Assembly: GCA_036397255.1 (NCBI GenBank)
Contig: DASWJH010000053.1
Location: 12,772 to 76,771 of the forward strand
DNA: 64,000 bases
Origin: Nitrospiria bacterium
GTDB taxonomy: Bacteria; Nitrospirota; Nitrospiria; DASWJH01
Reading direction: 5' to 3'
Below are positions 19,954 through 29,314 of this stretch, piece by piece (the stretch's first letter is position 1; each line of letters begins with the position of its first letter). The notes beneath the pieces are model-generated. The model was not told where the DNA came from and made no database searches. It saw nothing but the letters and a program-made list of their open reading frames with translations. Position numbers and translations under genes: made by a program.

Positions 19954-21162
19954 ATGTCAGATTTTCACCAAACCGGTCCCATCGCAACGCTCCATCGACT
20001 CGGAAAACCTAATTTGGAGCGTTTGGAAATGGAATTAACCACTTTTTCAAAACAATGCCCTATCGGTCTGGTCCTTCCCTGTTTATTTTCGGAACTGCAG
20101 GGGGAAGCCCTTCCCGGAATTATCCGTGAGTTGAAAAATGTTCCCTACCTCCGGGAAATTGTGGTTTCTCTGGATGGGGCCGATGAAAAAGAGTTTGACC
20201 ATGGAAAGAACTTTTTTGGCGAACTGCCTCAAAAAGTAACCGTGATTTGGAACAACGGCCCCAGAATGCAAGCGCTATTAGAGCTTCTTAAAAACAACGA
20301 GGTTGAGATCGGACAGCCGGGGAAAGGAAGATCATGTTGGTTGTCCTATGGGTATATCCTTGCCCGAGGGGATTGCCAGGTCATTGCGCAACATGACTGT
20401 GATATTATCACTTACCAAAGAGAAATCTTGGCCCGTTTATGCTATCCGGCTGTGGCCCCTTCATTTCGATATGAATATTGTAAGGGTTATTATGCCCGGG
20501 TGACGGAACGCCTTCATGGCAGAGTGACCCGCCTCTTTATAACCCCCCTCATTCGTACGCTTCAAAAGTTCCTGGGTCAGATTCCTCTCCTAACTTTTTT
20601 AGACAGTTTTCGTTATCCTCTGTCAGGGGAATTCTCCATGGTGGTGGACTTGGCGCAAATTAATCGAGTCCCAGGGGACTGGGGTTTAGAAATTGGTACA
20701 CTGGCAGAAACCTATCGGAATTGTGCCCATCGGCGAATATGCCAAACCGAGTTGTGTGATGCTTATGAACATAAACACCAAATTCTTTCCCCGGAAGATC
20801 CCCAAAAGGGCCTCATGAAAATGTCAACGGATATTGCAAAATCCCTTTTCAGGAATTTGGCTATTGAGGGGGTGATCCTGGATGAAGGGCTATTTAAAAA
20901 CCTTGGCATTGCATACCTCCGATCGGCACAGGACACCATTAAAAAATACGAAGATGATGCGGCCATCAACAGTTTTTATTTTGACCGGCATGAAGAACGT
21001 TTGGCGGTGGAGGCTTTTACCCGAGCCATTAAATCGGCGGGGGAAGAGTATCTTGCGGACCCTGTTGGTGTTCCTTTAATTTCAAACTGGGTTCGACCCA
21101 CCTCGGCAATTCCAAACTTTTTCGAGAGACTCCTAAAGGCTGTCAAAAAAGATAATGGTTAA
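19954..21162 (+). CDS. Glucosyl-/mannosyl-3-phosphoglycerate synthase-like retaining glycosyltransferase (GT81/GpgS-MpgS family)
   Basis: Motifs align by eye to mycobacterial GpgS: IGLVLPCLFSE resembles VVLPALNEE, VVSLDGADEKE resembles VLDSGSTDDTE, and PGKGRSCW....DCDI resembles PGKGEALW....DSDL. The start is placed at ATG 19954 behind a GGGAGG RBS. The ORF track starts it 30 nt earlier. Confidence 0.7.
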   Translation: MSDFHQTGPIATLHRLGKPNLERLEMELTTFSKQCPIGLVLPCLFSELQGEALPGIIRELKNVPYLREIVVSLDGADEKEFDHGKNFFGELPQKVTVIWNNGPRMQALLELLKNNEVEIGQPGKGRSCWLSYGYILARGDCQVIAQHDCDIITYQREILARLCYPAVAPSFRYEYCKGYYARVTERLHGRVTRLFITPLIRTLQKFLGQIPLLTFLDSFRYPLSGEFSMVVDLAQINRVPGDWGLEIGTLAETYRNCAHRRICQTELCDAYEHKHQILSPEDPQKGLMKMSTDIAKSLFRNLAIEGVILDEGLFKNLGIAYLRSAQDTIKKYEDDAAINSFYFDRHEERLAVEAFTRAIKSAGEEYLADPVGVPLISNWVRPTSAIPNFFERLLKAVKKDNG

Positions 21163-21177
21163 GGGGCGTCGATAACC

Positions 21178-22461
21178 ATGGCAGATGGAGTTGTCCTCCG
21201 GGAGGATCTACAGGCAAAGATAAAAGAAATCGGTTCTGCTGACATTCTCATTGGTGTTCCCAGCTACAATAATTCGAAAACCATTGGACATGTTATTCAT
21301 GCTGTGAGTGCAGGAGTTGCAAAATATTTTCCGGAAGCCAAAGCGGTATTAATTAATTCTGATGGCGGATCCGTGGATGGAACCCCAAAAATTGCAGCCG
21401 ATTCCAGTTTTGATCTTCAAAGCATATTTGTTTCGCATCGACTCAATACCCTTCAGAGAATTTCAACCCCTTACCACGGTATACCCGGAAAGGGGAGCGC
21501 CTTCCGCTTGATCTTTGAAGTGGCTAAGGCCCTTGGAGTGAAAGCCTGCGCGGTGGTTGATTCTGATTTAAGGAGTATCACACCGGAATGGATTGAGTTA
21601 TTAATTAGTCCAATTCTACGGAAAGGATATGAATATGTGGCCCCTTATTATCTCAGACATAAATATGACGGAACCATCACCAATAGTATCATTTATCCAT
21701 TGAGCCGAGCACTGTATGGTAAACGGATTCGACAACCGATCGGAGGAGAATTTGGATTTACGGGGGATTTGGCTGAATATTTTCTCACGAAAGATGTTTG
21801 GGGTACAGATGTTGCGAGATTTGGAATCGATATTTGGATGACCACGACTGCCATTACCCGGGGAAGCAAAATCTGTCAGGTTTATTTAGGTGCAAAAATC
21901 CATGATCCAAAGGATCCCGGTGCTGACCTCTCCTCCATGTTGGTTCAGGTGATCGGCTCGGCCTTGAGTCTGATGGAGGAGCATGCGTCTCTTTGGAAAG
22001 GTGTCCATAGGTCCGAATCCGTACCCCTATTTGGTTTTCAGTATGATGTGGGTTTGGAACCTGTGAATGTGAGTGTGGAGCGAATGTTAAAAGCGTTTCA
22101 TCTGGGGTTAAATGAATTTTCACCCATGTGGGAGGGGGTTTTGTCTGAGGCGGTTTTGGGTGATTTGAAAAAATTGAAACCGAATGAATCCACTTTTCAT
22201 ATTCCCGATCCCGTTTGGGTCCGTGTGATTTACGATGTTGCTTTGGCTGCCCACCGACAAACCATGCCCAGGGAACATTTACTTAAATCCTTGACCCCCC
22301 TTTATTTGGGAAGGGTTGCCTCCTTTATCTTAGAAATTCAAAGGAGTCACCACCGAGAGGTTGAAGAAAAAATTGAAAGTTTGTGCCAGGCGTTTGAAAA
22401 AGATAAAGCCTATTTGGTGAACCAATGGGAACCTACCAATGATTTTGGAGAGAAAACATGA
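21178..22461 (+). CDS. GT-A fold glycosyltransferase, GpgS-like paralog (copy A of the duplicated module)
   Basis: ILIGVPSYNN...LINSDGGSVDGT and YHGIPGKGSAF...VVDSDL motifs. Strongly similar along its whole length to the 56123..57391 product. Confidence 0.7.
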   Translation: MADGVVLREDLQAKIKEIGSADILIGVPSYNNSKTIGHVIHAVSAGVAKYFPEAKAVLINSDGGSVDGTPKIAADSSFDLQSIFVSHRLNTLQRISTPYHGIPGKGSAFRLIFEVAKALGVKACAVVDSDLRSITPEWIELLISPILRKGYEYVAPYYLRHKYDGTITNSIIYPLSRALYGKRIRQPIGGEFGFTGDLAEYFLTKDVWGTDVARFGIDIWMTTTAITRGSKICQVYLGAKIHDPKDPGADLSSMLVQVIGSALSLMEEHASLWKGVHRSESVPLFGFQYDVGLEPVNVSVERMLKAFHLGLNEFSPMWEGVLSEAVLGDLKKLKPNESTFHIPDPVWVRVIYDVALAAHRQTMPREHLLKSLTPLYLGRVASFILEIQRSHHREVEEKIESLCQAFEKDKAYLVNQWEPTNDFGEKT

Positions 22462-23162
22462 AAGACCTTTGGCAAACGGCCTTCCTAGGGCCCATGGAAG
22501 AATTTTTTAAACAGGTTGGGGCTTTTATTCCTCATCTATTGGTCATGTTAATCATCATCGCAATCGGTTTCGGGGTTGCTTGGGGAATCCAAACAGTTAT
22601 TTCCCGGTTATTAGAAGTCATTCGTTTTGACCGGTTTAGTTTCCGATTGGGTTTTTCCCAAGCCCTGAGTAAGGGGGGAATTAAGGAACACCCCTCTCAT
22701 CTCATCAGCCGCTTAGTGTATTGGGTCATTTTCCTGGCTTTCGTGATGTTGGGTTTGGATGCTTTGAACCTCAATGCCATAAATCAGTTGGTGTCAAAAA
22801 CCTTGTCCTACCTTCCCCATCTTTTGGTGGCCTTGATTATTTTATCGGTTGGGATCATTTTAGGTAACTTTTTTGGCCAGGCCATTTTAATTGCTGCGGT
22901 AAATGCCCAGATTTCTCAGGCGAGGTTTTTGGCCCTTGGGGTCCGGTTAGGGATTATTTTATTTTCCCTGGCAATGGCCTTGGTTCAATTAGGAATTGCA
23001 ACGACTATCATAGTTGCGGCTTTTTCTATTTCTTTTGGCGGGGTGGTTTTGGCTTTGGCCATTGCCTTTGGACTCGGGGCCAAAGAGACGGCTAAGGCGA
23101 TCATTGAAAAGCGGATTAAAAAAGAGGAAGAACCCAAAGAAGAAGAACTTTCACATCTTTAA
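22458..23162 (+). CDS. Polytopic membrane protein of the MscS N-terminal 'conserved TM helix' type that lacks the MscS beta-domain; lysine/glutamate-rich C-terminal tail (copy A)
   Basis: 234 aa with about 5 TM helices. The start overlaps the stop of the upstream glycosyltransferase gene in an ATGA arrangement. Paralogous to 57388..58092, and its N-terminal region is paralogous to the MscS-like gene at 60215. The tail ...AFGLGAKETAKAIIEKRIKKEEEPKEEELSHL is conserved in the paralog. Confidence 0.65.
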   Translation: MKDLWQTAFLGPMEEFFKQVGAFIPHLLVMLIIIAIGFGVAWGIQTVISRLLEVIRFDRFSFRLGFSQALSKGGIKEHPSHLISRLVYWVIFLAFVMLGLDALNLNAINQLVSKTLSYLPHLLVALIILSVGIILGNFFGQAILIAAVNAQISQARFLALGVRLGIILFSLAMALVQLGIATTIIVAAFSISFGGVVLALAIAFGLGAKETAKAIIEKRIKKEEEPKEEELSHL

Positions 23163-23165
23163 CGT

Positions 23166-24698
23166 TTATCCTCTCCCATAGCATTTGGTCATTTCAGATA
23201 GTTTTTGAATTAATGGGCGGTTTAAACTGCCCGGTTTTAGTCTCCATTCCCAATTTCCTTTTGAAGTAGCGGGGCGGTTCATTCGCCCTTCATCCCCTAG
23301 GCCTAATATATCCTGCATGGGGAATATGGTTGTATTGGCAACGGACATCATCAATAACCGGATCAATTCCCAGTGGATTTCCTTCCTCGGTGTTCCTCCC
23401 CGAAACCCTATATACTGAAGCGTCTTCTGACGTTCCTCTCGAATTTCCTCCGGTTTGCGGGTCGAATAATCTACTTTTCCAAAAAGCCAGCTCATTAAGG
23501 TATCATTATCATGGGTTCCTGTATAAGCAACACAATTTTTTACAAAATGGGAAGGTTTGTAAAAATCGGCAAGGGGGTCATTCCCAAACGCAAATTGCAG
23601 AATTCTCATTCCCGGAAGTTCAAACCGATCCCTGAGTTCATGAACCTCAGCGGTTATGACTCCCAGATCCTCCGCAATAAAGGGAAGGTATGGGAAATGT
23701 TTTAAAAGGGCATTGAAAAAACGCTCTCCCGGTCCTTTCATCCATTGTCCGTTTACCGCCGTTTTTTCCCCCGCAGGCACCTCCCAATAATCAATGAATC
23801 CTTTGAAATGGTCTAAACGGACCACTTCAAATAATGAAAAGTTGTGTCTGACCCGCTGAACCCACCAATCATATCCTCTTTTCTCCAAAATATCCCACCG
23901 ATAAATGGGATTATTCCATAATTGGCCCGTGTCGCTAAAGAAATCAGGAGGGATTCCTGCTACGGCTAGAGGTTTCTTTTGTGAGTCGAGTTTGAACACC
24001 TCTGGATGGGACCAAACATCCGCGCTATGGTATTGTACATAAATGGGGAGGTCTCCGATTATCTGAATATTTCTTTTATTGGCGTATTGCCGAAGGGCAC
24101 TCCATTGCATGAAAAAAAGATATTGGATCCATTTTTCCTTTTCGATTTCATTATGTAGTTTTTCCCGCCAACTTTTTAAAGCGGATACCCGACGGTCCCT
24201 CATTTCAGGAGGCCATTGATGCAACACCTTCCTGCCCGTTTGGGAAGCAAAGGCAGCGAAAAACGCAAAAGGTTCCAGCCAAATGCTTTGTTCCTCACAA
24301 AATCTTAAAAACTCATAATCGGTTTTCAACCGGCTATAAAATTTCCAGAAGGTTTTTTCCAGTATTTTATTTTTATATTCGGTAACGGAAAAGTAATCCA
24401 CGGCATGATTTGGAAAATGGGGAATGGGTTGGATATCCGTTTGGGAAATAAACCCATCTTTAACCAATTGTTGTGGGCTGATCATCAGAGGGTTTCCCGC
24501 AAACGCCGAGTGGCTGCTGTACGGGGAACTTCCAAAAGCGGTTGATGTTGGGTTTAATGGAAGGATTTGCCAGTAACTCTGCTTGGATTGTGCTAAAAAG
24601 TCGATGAATTGGAATGCGCTGGGTCCCAGATCTCCGATTCCAAAAGGGGTGGGGAGGGAGGTAATATGGAGCAGAATACCGCTTGTCCTCCGCATCAT
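23166..24698 (-). CDS. malQ: 4-alpha-glucanotransferase (amylomaltase, GH77)
   Basis: N-terminus MMRRTSGILLHITSLPTPFGIGDLG is typical of MalQ. The start is set at the ATG at 24698, which overlaps the treY stop in an ATGA arrangement. The ORF-track start at 24851 adds 51 non-conserved residues. Confidence 0.85.
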   Translation of the reverse strand: MMRRTSGILLHITSLPTPFGIGDLGPSAFQFIDFLAQSKQSYWQILPLNPTSTAFGSSPYSSHSAFAGNPLMISPQQLVKDGFISQTDIQPIPHFPNHAVDYFSVTEYKNKILEKTFWKFYSRLKTDYEFLRFCEEQSIWLEPFAFFAAFASQTGRKVLHQWPPEMRDRRVSALKSWREKLHNEIEKEKWIQYLFFMQWSALRQYANKRNIQIIGDLPIYVQYHSADVWSHPEVFKLDSQKKPLAVAGIPPDFFSDTGQLWNNPIYRWDILEKRGYDWWVQRVRHNFSLFEVVRLDHFKGFIDYWEVPAGEKTAVNGQWMKGPGERFFNALLKHFPYLPFIAEDLGVITAEVHELRDRFELPGMRILQFAFGNDPLADFYKPSHFVKNCVAYTGTHDNDTLMSWLFGKVDYSTRKPEEIREERQKTLQYIGFRGGTPRKEIHWELIRLLMMSVANTTIFPMQDILGLGDEGRMNRPATSKGNWEWRLKPGSLNRPLIQKLSEMTKCYGRG

Positions 24699-27457
24699 TT
24701 CTTTTCCTCCCCAACCAAAAGGGAGACTGGAAAATATTTTAGAATATCGCAGACCTTGAGGTGTTTCCCTGTTCGGTGTTGTTGACCTGTCATTGCATCC
24801 GCCCATTGAGAAGGAGCTCCGGCAGGAAGCACCAGGGTGGTATTTCCCCAAAGGCTATCTCCATGGGGTAGCTCTCCTTCCTGGATTAATCCCGCCAAAA
24901 AACGCGGGACGATGGTTAGGGTCCAAACCGACCCCTGATTTCGGGCAAAAGCGATCACCTGCTCCTTTAAATGGCCCTTTGGCTCAATGGGATGATAGGT
25001 CCCAAATGTAAAACACTCCCTGAGAGTTTTTCTCATTTGAAGCGCTTGATAGATGGTATACAATTTTATTCCCCCATCAGACCGTGTGGACCAAAGTTCC
25101 TTGAGGCATTTCAGTCGATCTTCTTGGGTAGGGTGAAGCATTTCTGAAAGGCGGTGAGTTCGAGTTTCATAATCAACGGAACGCCGGTTATCTGGATCCA
25201 CTAGGCTCAAATCCCAAAGTTCTGTTCCCTGGTAAAAATCCGGAATTCCAGGGGAGGTGATTTTAATCAGGGTTTGGGATAAAGAATTGAGCATTCCAAA
25301 AAAAGCGACTTTCTTTTGAAACGGTTTAAAATCTTCGAAGAAGGATTTGGACCCCACGATTCTTTCCACAAATTCGGTGAGGGCTTTCTCATAGGTTGTT
25401 TGGGGATCGATCCAATTGGTGTAAACCTTCCCCTCCCGCCCTGCCTTGATCATATAGTTTTTAACCCGCTCGGTCCATTGGAGGTCCAAACCTTCCTGGA
25501 AAGGGTAGGTACCCATCATCGTTTGATACAGAAAATATTCTTCATTTTTTCCAGGGACCATTTTCCCTTTTACTTTTAATTTTTTGTTCCGATTGAGTTG
25601 GTGCCAATAGAAAATCTTTTTATTCCATTCATCTGGGATTTCAGAAAGAACATTAATTCTTGCTCGGACATCTTCTCCTCTTTTGGTATCATGGGTGGCA
25701 GAAGCGCTCATGGTATGGGGCCATTGGGTTTCCCGGGACCGGTTAAACTGATGCCATTCCTTCATGGAGGTTCCGAAGTGGGCTGGAACTCCCCCCACTT
25801 CATTGAGAGAAAGAAGGCGGTTGTATACATAAAGGGTGGTGTCCTCATGCCCTTTCGCCATTAAAGGGCCCGTATACTGCTGCAAACGCATTCCAAAATT
25901 TACCCTTTGTTCTTTGTTTTCCTTTTCAAAGCCTTTTCGTTTTTTTCCATCCAGCACCTGGTGTAAAAGGGTCAGATCCTTTTTAAGTTTCGGGTTTCTC
26001 TGTTTGGCTGCCTCAATGGCCTGTTTAATATAAACCCGATCGGTTGGATGAACCCCTTTCTGATCACCATAGGTTCGATAGACCGGAAAGCAGGCAATGA
26101 ACTCAGTGATGGTTTTTTTCAAGTTTTTGAGGGGAACTGTTTTTTGAAAAGGATGGCCTTTTAAAATATTCTGGAACACCCGTGAGAGGTTTTCCATATC
26201 TCCGTTCATGTCAGACCGCATAATGAGGTGCTTGTTTTGATAAAGCAGGTCAACCGGAGTCTTTTTCTGACGGGTGAATTTTTGGTATAAACCTTGAAAA
26301 GGTTCTGCATTTTTGCCCATGCAAAAAAGACCATTTAAAACGTTTAAAAATTCATAGCCGGTGGTCCCTTGAATGGGCCAGGTTTTGGGAAGTTTTTCTT
26401 TCCGTTCCAAGATTTTTTCAACCACCAAATACCTTTCCCCTATCTTTTTCCTTAATTGCATCAAATAGGCGGCGGGGTCAAAGAGGCCATCAATGTGATC
26501 GACCCTGATTCCGGAAAATTTCCCTTCCCGGCAAAGTCTAAAAATTAACCCGTGGCTATAGTTAAAAACCTCTTCATATTCCACCCTCAATGAAATCAAC
26601 TCATTCACGGCAAAAAACCGTCGGAAATTGATTTTCTGGGTGGCGCGTTTCCAAAAATCCAGTTTGAAGATTTGTTTAGACATCAGCTGATCCAAAAAAT
26701 GCTTTTGGTTTTTTGCATTGATCCAGTCTACCGTTTTATCTAAGAACTCATGAATCTCTGAATGGGTTTGGTAGAGTTTCCAAAGTTGGGATTTCAAATC
26801 TTGGATTTTATCCTTTTGGAGAGGAATATGTTTCATTGCCTCCAGGATTTTCAAAAGATAATGGGGTTCTGGATTTCCTTCCCCCAATTTCTTTTTCATC
26901 ATGGAGAGTGCTTTTTGTAACACCTGATTATATGAATCAAAATATAAAGGAAAACACAATGAATAGTAATTAATGTTAAATCCATTTTCGCTATAACCGA
27001 TGCGAATTTCGCCCGCTCTCAGGGCTTCCGGGTAGGGTTTTCCCAAAAAAGGGCAAAGAAGGCGACCGGAGAGATCTTGGTTAGGGTGATCCCAATCAAT
27101 ATCCAGGAATAAAAGATAAGGGGAGTCTTTTCCCGTTTCAAAAAGATCCATGAGGATGGGATTATTTCCATCAAAAGCCATATGATTGGGAACAATGTCT
27201 TGGATCCAACCCATTTGATTTTCATGTATGGTTTGAATCAGGCGTTCAAAGTCCTTTTCCGTTCCTAATTCGGGATTGATTTTCCTCGGATCCACCACAT
27301 CATACCCGTGTTGACTTCCCTTCCGGGCCTCAAAAATGGGGGAGGCATACAGATGGGAAATACCTAAATCTCCTAGATAAGGGACCAATTTTTTTGCGGA
27401 TTCAAATCCGAATTCAGGGGTGAATTGAATGCGATAGGTGGATATAGGGATTTCCAT
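24695..27457 (-). CDS. treY: Malto-oligosyltrehalose synthase (GH13)
   Basis: 920 aa. N-terminal TYRIQF...GISHLYASPIFEA and VPNHMA match the TreY/GH13 fold. Confidence 0.85.
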   Translation of the reverse strand: MEIPISTYRIQFTPEFGFESAKKLVPYLGDLGISHLYASPIFEARKGSQHGYDVVDPRKINPELGTEKDFERLIQTIHENQMGWIQDIVPNHMAFDGNNPILMDLFETGKDSPYLLFLDIDWDHPNQDLSGRLLCPFLGKPYPEALRAGEIRIGYSENGFNINYYSLCFPLYFDSYNQVLQKALSMMKKKLGEGNPEPHYLLKILEAMKHIPLQKDKIQDLKSQLWKLYQTHSEIHEFLDKTVDWINAKNQKHFLDQLMSKQIFKLDFWKRATQKINFRRFFAVNELISLRVEYEEVFNYSHGLIFRLCREGKFSGIRVDHIDGLFDPAAYLMQLRKKIGERYLVVEKILERKEKLPKTWPIQGTTGYEFLNVLNGLFCMGKNAEPFQGLYQKFTRQKKTPVDLLYQNKHLIMRSDMNGDMENLSRVFQNILKGHPFQKTVPLKNLKKTITEFIACFPVYRTYGDQKGVHPTDRVYIKQAIEAAKQRNPKLKKDLTLLHQVLDGKKRKGFEKENKEQRVNFGMRLQQYTGPLMAKGHEDTTLYVYNRLLSLNEVGGVPAHFGTSMKEWHQFNRSRETQWPHTMSASATHDTKRGEDVRARINVLSEIPDEWNKKIFYWHQLNRNKKLKVKGKMVPGKNEEYFLYQTMMGTYPFQEGLDLQWTERVKNYMIKAGREGKVYTNWIDPQTTYEKALTEFVERIVGSKSFFEDFKPFQKKVAFFGMLNSLSQTLIKITSPGIPDFYQGTELWDLSLVDPDNRRSVDYETRTHRLSEMLHPTQEDRLKCLKELWSTRSDGGIKLYTIYQALQMRKTLRECFTFGTYHPIEPKGHLKEQVIAFARNQGSVWTLTIVPRFLAGLIQEGELPHGDSLWGNTTLVLPAGAPSQWADAMTGQQHRTGKHLKVCDILKYFPVSLLVGEEKK

Positions 27458-27506
27458 TGCTCTGTATAAGGGTCCTTTCCCCTAAGTGGGTTGGGTGGTG
27501 GGAGGC

Positions 27507-29312
27507 TTAAATTTTTAAGAGAAAGACGGCAACACTTTCGCCCCGGATGGTTTTGGGAAGGAGGCCCCCAGGCCCGTCCCACCGTTTATCTGCTGAATCT
27601 AAATTCTTTTCCCATTCTCCTTCTGGGGCGGGTGGAAGTTCCAAATTACGGTCCAATGGGTCTAAATTAAAGACCAATAAAACGTGGGATCGGTCTGACC
27701 ACCGGTGGACATATAGTGTTTGTTGAGAGTCGTCTCCCCAAACCTCCATTTGGTCCTTATTCAAATTTCCTAGGGCGGGAACCTGTTTTCTTGAATTCAA
27801 AAGAGCTTGGTAGAACTCTAACATAATTTTATGGTGTCCTTTTTCCCGTTTATCCCAATGAATTTTGGATTTTAGAAAAGTTTCCATTCCCTGGGGGTCG
27901 GGAGAGTCTTCCTTCCAACCGAAGGCTTGGAATTCCTCTTTTCTTCCTTTTCGAACGGCGGCGATGAGGTCAGTATCCGAATGGCTAACAAAATACAAAA
28001 ATGGAGAATTTTCTGCGTATTCCTCTCCCATAAAAAGCATGGGTATATAAGGGGACAATAAAACGACTCCCGCGGCCAGTTTGAGGCTTTCAAAGGAAAC
28101 CAATTCAGATAAACGCTTTCCATCCAGACGGTTTCCAATTTGATCGTGGTTTTGGGAATAAACCACGAACTGATCGGCTGGTCTGTCCTTGGAGGAATTT
28201 CCATGTCTGCGTTTTCGATAGGGTGAAAATTGGCCGCTGTATATAAAGCCATTCCGGTAGGCTGTCCTCAACTGCTCACTGGTTCCGAAATCCATATAAT
28301 AACCTTGGTTTTCGTGGGTGAGGAGGGTATGAAGGGCGTGATGGAAATCATCACACCATTGGGAGTGGATTCCAAATCCACCCAGGTCACGGGGTTTAAT
28401 AATTTTCACATCGTTGAGATCACTTTCGGCAATTAGAAAATGTCTCCTCCCGGTGTGTTGAACGTAATCATCGGACTTCTCTGACAGCTCCTTCAAAAAA
28501 GGGGTGGCCCCCTCATCTACAATGGCGTGAATGGCATCCAGGCGGAGGGCATCTATATGAAAGTCCCGAAACCAATAAAGTGCATTTTCAATGAAGAAAT
28601 TGTGGACCCCGTCGCTGTAGGCGTCATCAAAATTCAGGGCTGCTCCCCAGGGGGTTTTGTATTTCCCAGTAAAGTAGGGTCCAAATTGACCCAGATAGTT
28701 TCCCTCGGGCCCAAGGTGGTTGTAGACCACATCTAAAATTACCGAAATGCCTCGATGGTGGCAAGCATTGACGAGTTTTTTCAGTCCGTCTGGGCCCCCA
28801 TAAGAATTTTGGACACCAAAGAGATAAACACCGTCGTATCCCCAATTTCGATCACCTGGAAACTGCGCAACGGGCATAATTTCAATGGTGTTGATTCCTA
28901 TTTTTTGAAGGTCACCCAATCGAGGAATCATAGCCTCAAAGGTTCCTTCCGGGGTAAAGGTTCCCACATGCAGTTCATACATGATCATTTCCGAAAGGGG
29001 AATTCCCCTCCACGCATCATCGGACCAGGAAAACGAATGATGGTCTATAACCTGGGAAGGACCATGGACCCCTTGAGGCTGGAAATGGGATGCGGGATCG
29101 GGGAGACTTTTTTCCTCCCCCAGTTTAAACAGATAATGGTCTCCAGGGGATATCCCTTCATATTCTAGGTGCCAATATCCCTCCTTTAAGGGGGTAAAGG
29201 GAATTACCTTTCCCGGATTGGAAAGGATTTCCAACTGGACCTCTTTCCGCAAAGGTGCCCACACGGTAAATTTGCAACGCCGATTTCCTTTATAATTGGC
29301 GCCAATCTCCAC
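27507..29312 (-). CDS. treZ: Malto-oligosyltrehalose trehalohydrolase (GH13)
   Basis: 601 aa. CBM48-like N-terminus, then DVVYNHLGPEGNY and GFRLDAIHAI GH13 catalytic regions. Confidence 0.85.
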   Translation of the reverse strand: MEIGANYKGNRRCKFTVWAPLRKEVQLEILSNPGKVIPFTPLKEGYWHLEYEGISPGDHYLFKLGEEKSLPDPASHFQPQGVHGPSQVIDHHSFSWSDDAWRGIPLSEMIMYELHVGTFTPEGTFEAMIPRLGDLQKIGINTIEIMPVAQFPGDRNWGYDGVYLFGVQNSYGGPDGLKKLVNACHHRGISVILDVVYNHLGPEGNYLGQFGPYFTGKYKTPWGAALNFDDAYSDGVHNFFIENALYWFRDFHIDALRLDAIHAIVDEGATPFLKELSEKSDDYVQHTGRRHFLIAESDLNDVKIIKPRDLGGFGIHSQWCDDFHHALHTLLTHENQGYYMDFGTSEQLRTAYRNGFIYSGQFSPYRKRRHGNSSKDRPADQFVVYSQNHDQIGNRLDGKRLSELVSFESLKLAAGVVLLSPYIPMLFMGEEYAENSPFLYFVSHSDTDLIAAVRKGRKEEFQAFGWKEDSPDPQGMETFLKSKIHWDKREKGHHKIMLEFYQALLNSRKQVPALGNLNKDQMEVWGDDSQQTLYVHRWSDRSHVLLVFNLDPLDRNLELPPAPEGEWEKNLDSADKRWDGPGGLLPKTIRGESVAVFLLKI

Positions 29313-29314
29313 CC

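Noticed and set aside
24699-24851. ORF-track start of malQ at 24851
   Set aside because: It adds 51 non-conserved residues and overlaps treY by 157 nt. The conserved amylomaltase N-terminus begins at the MM at 24698, giving a classic ATGA stop/start overlap.
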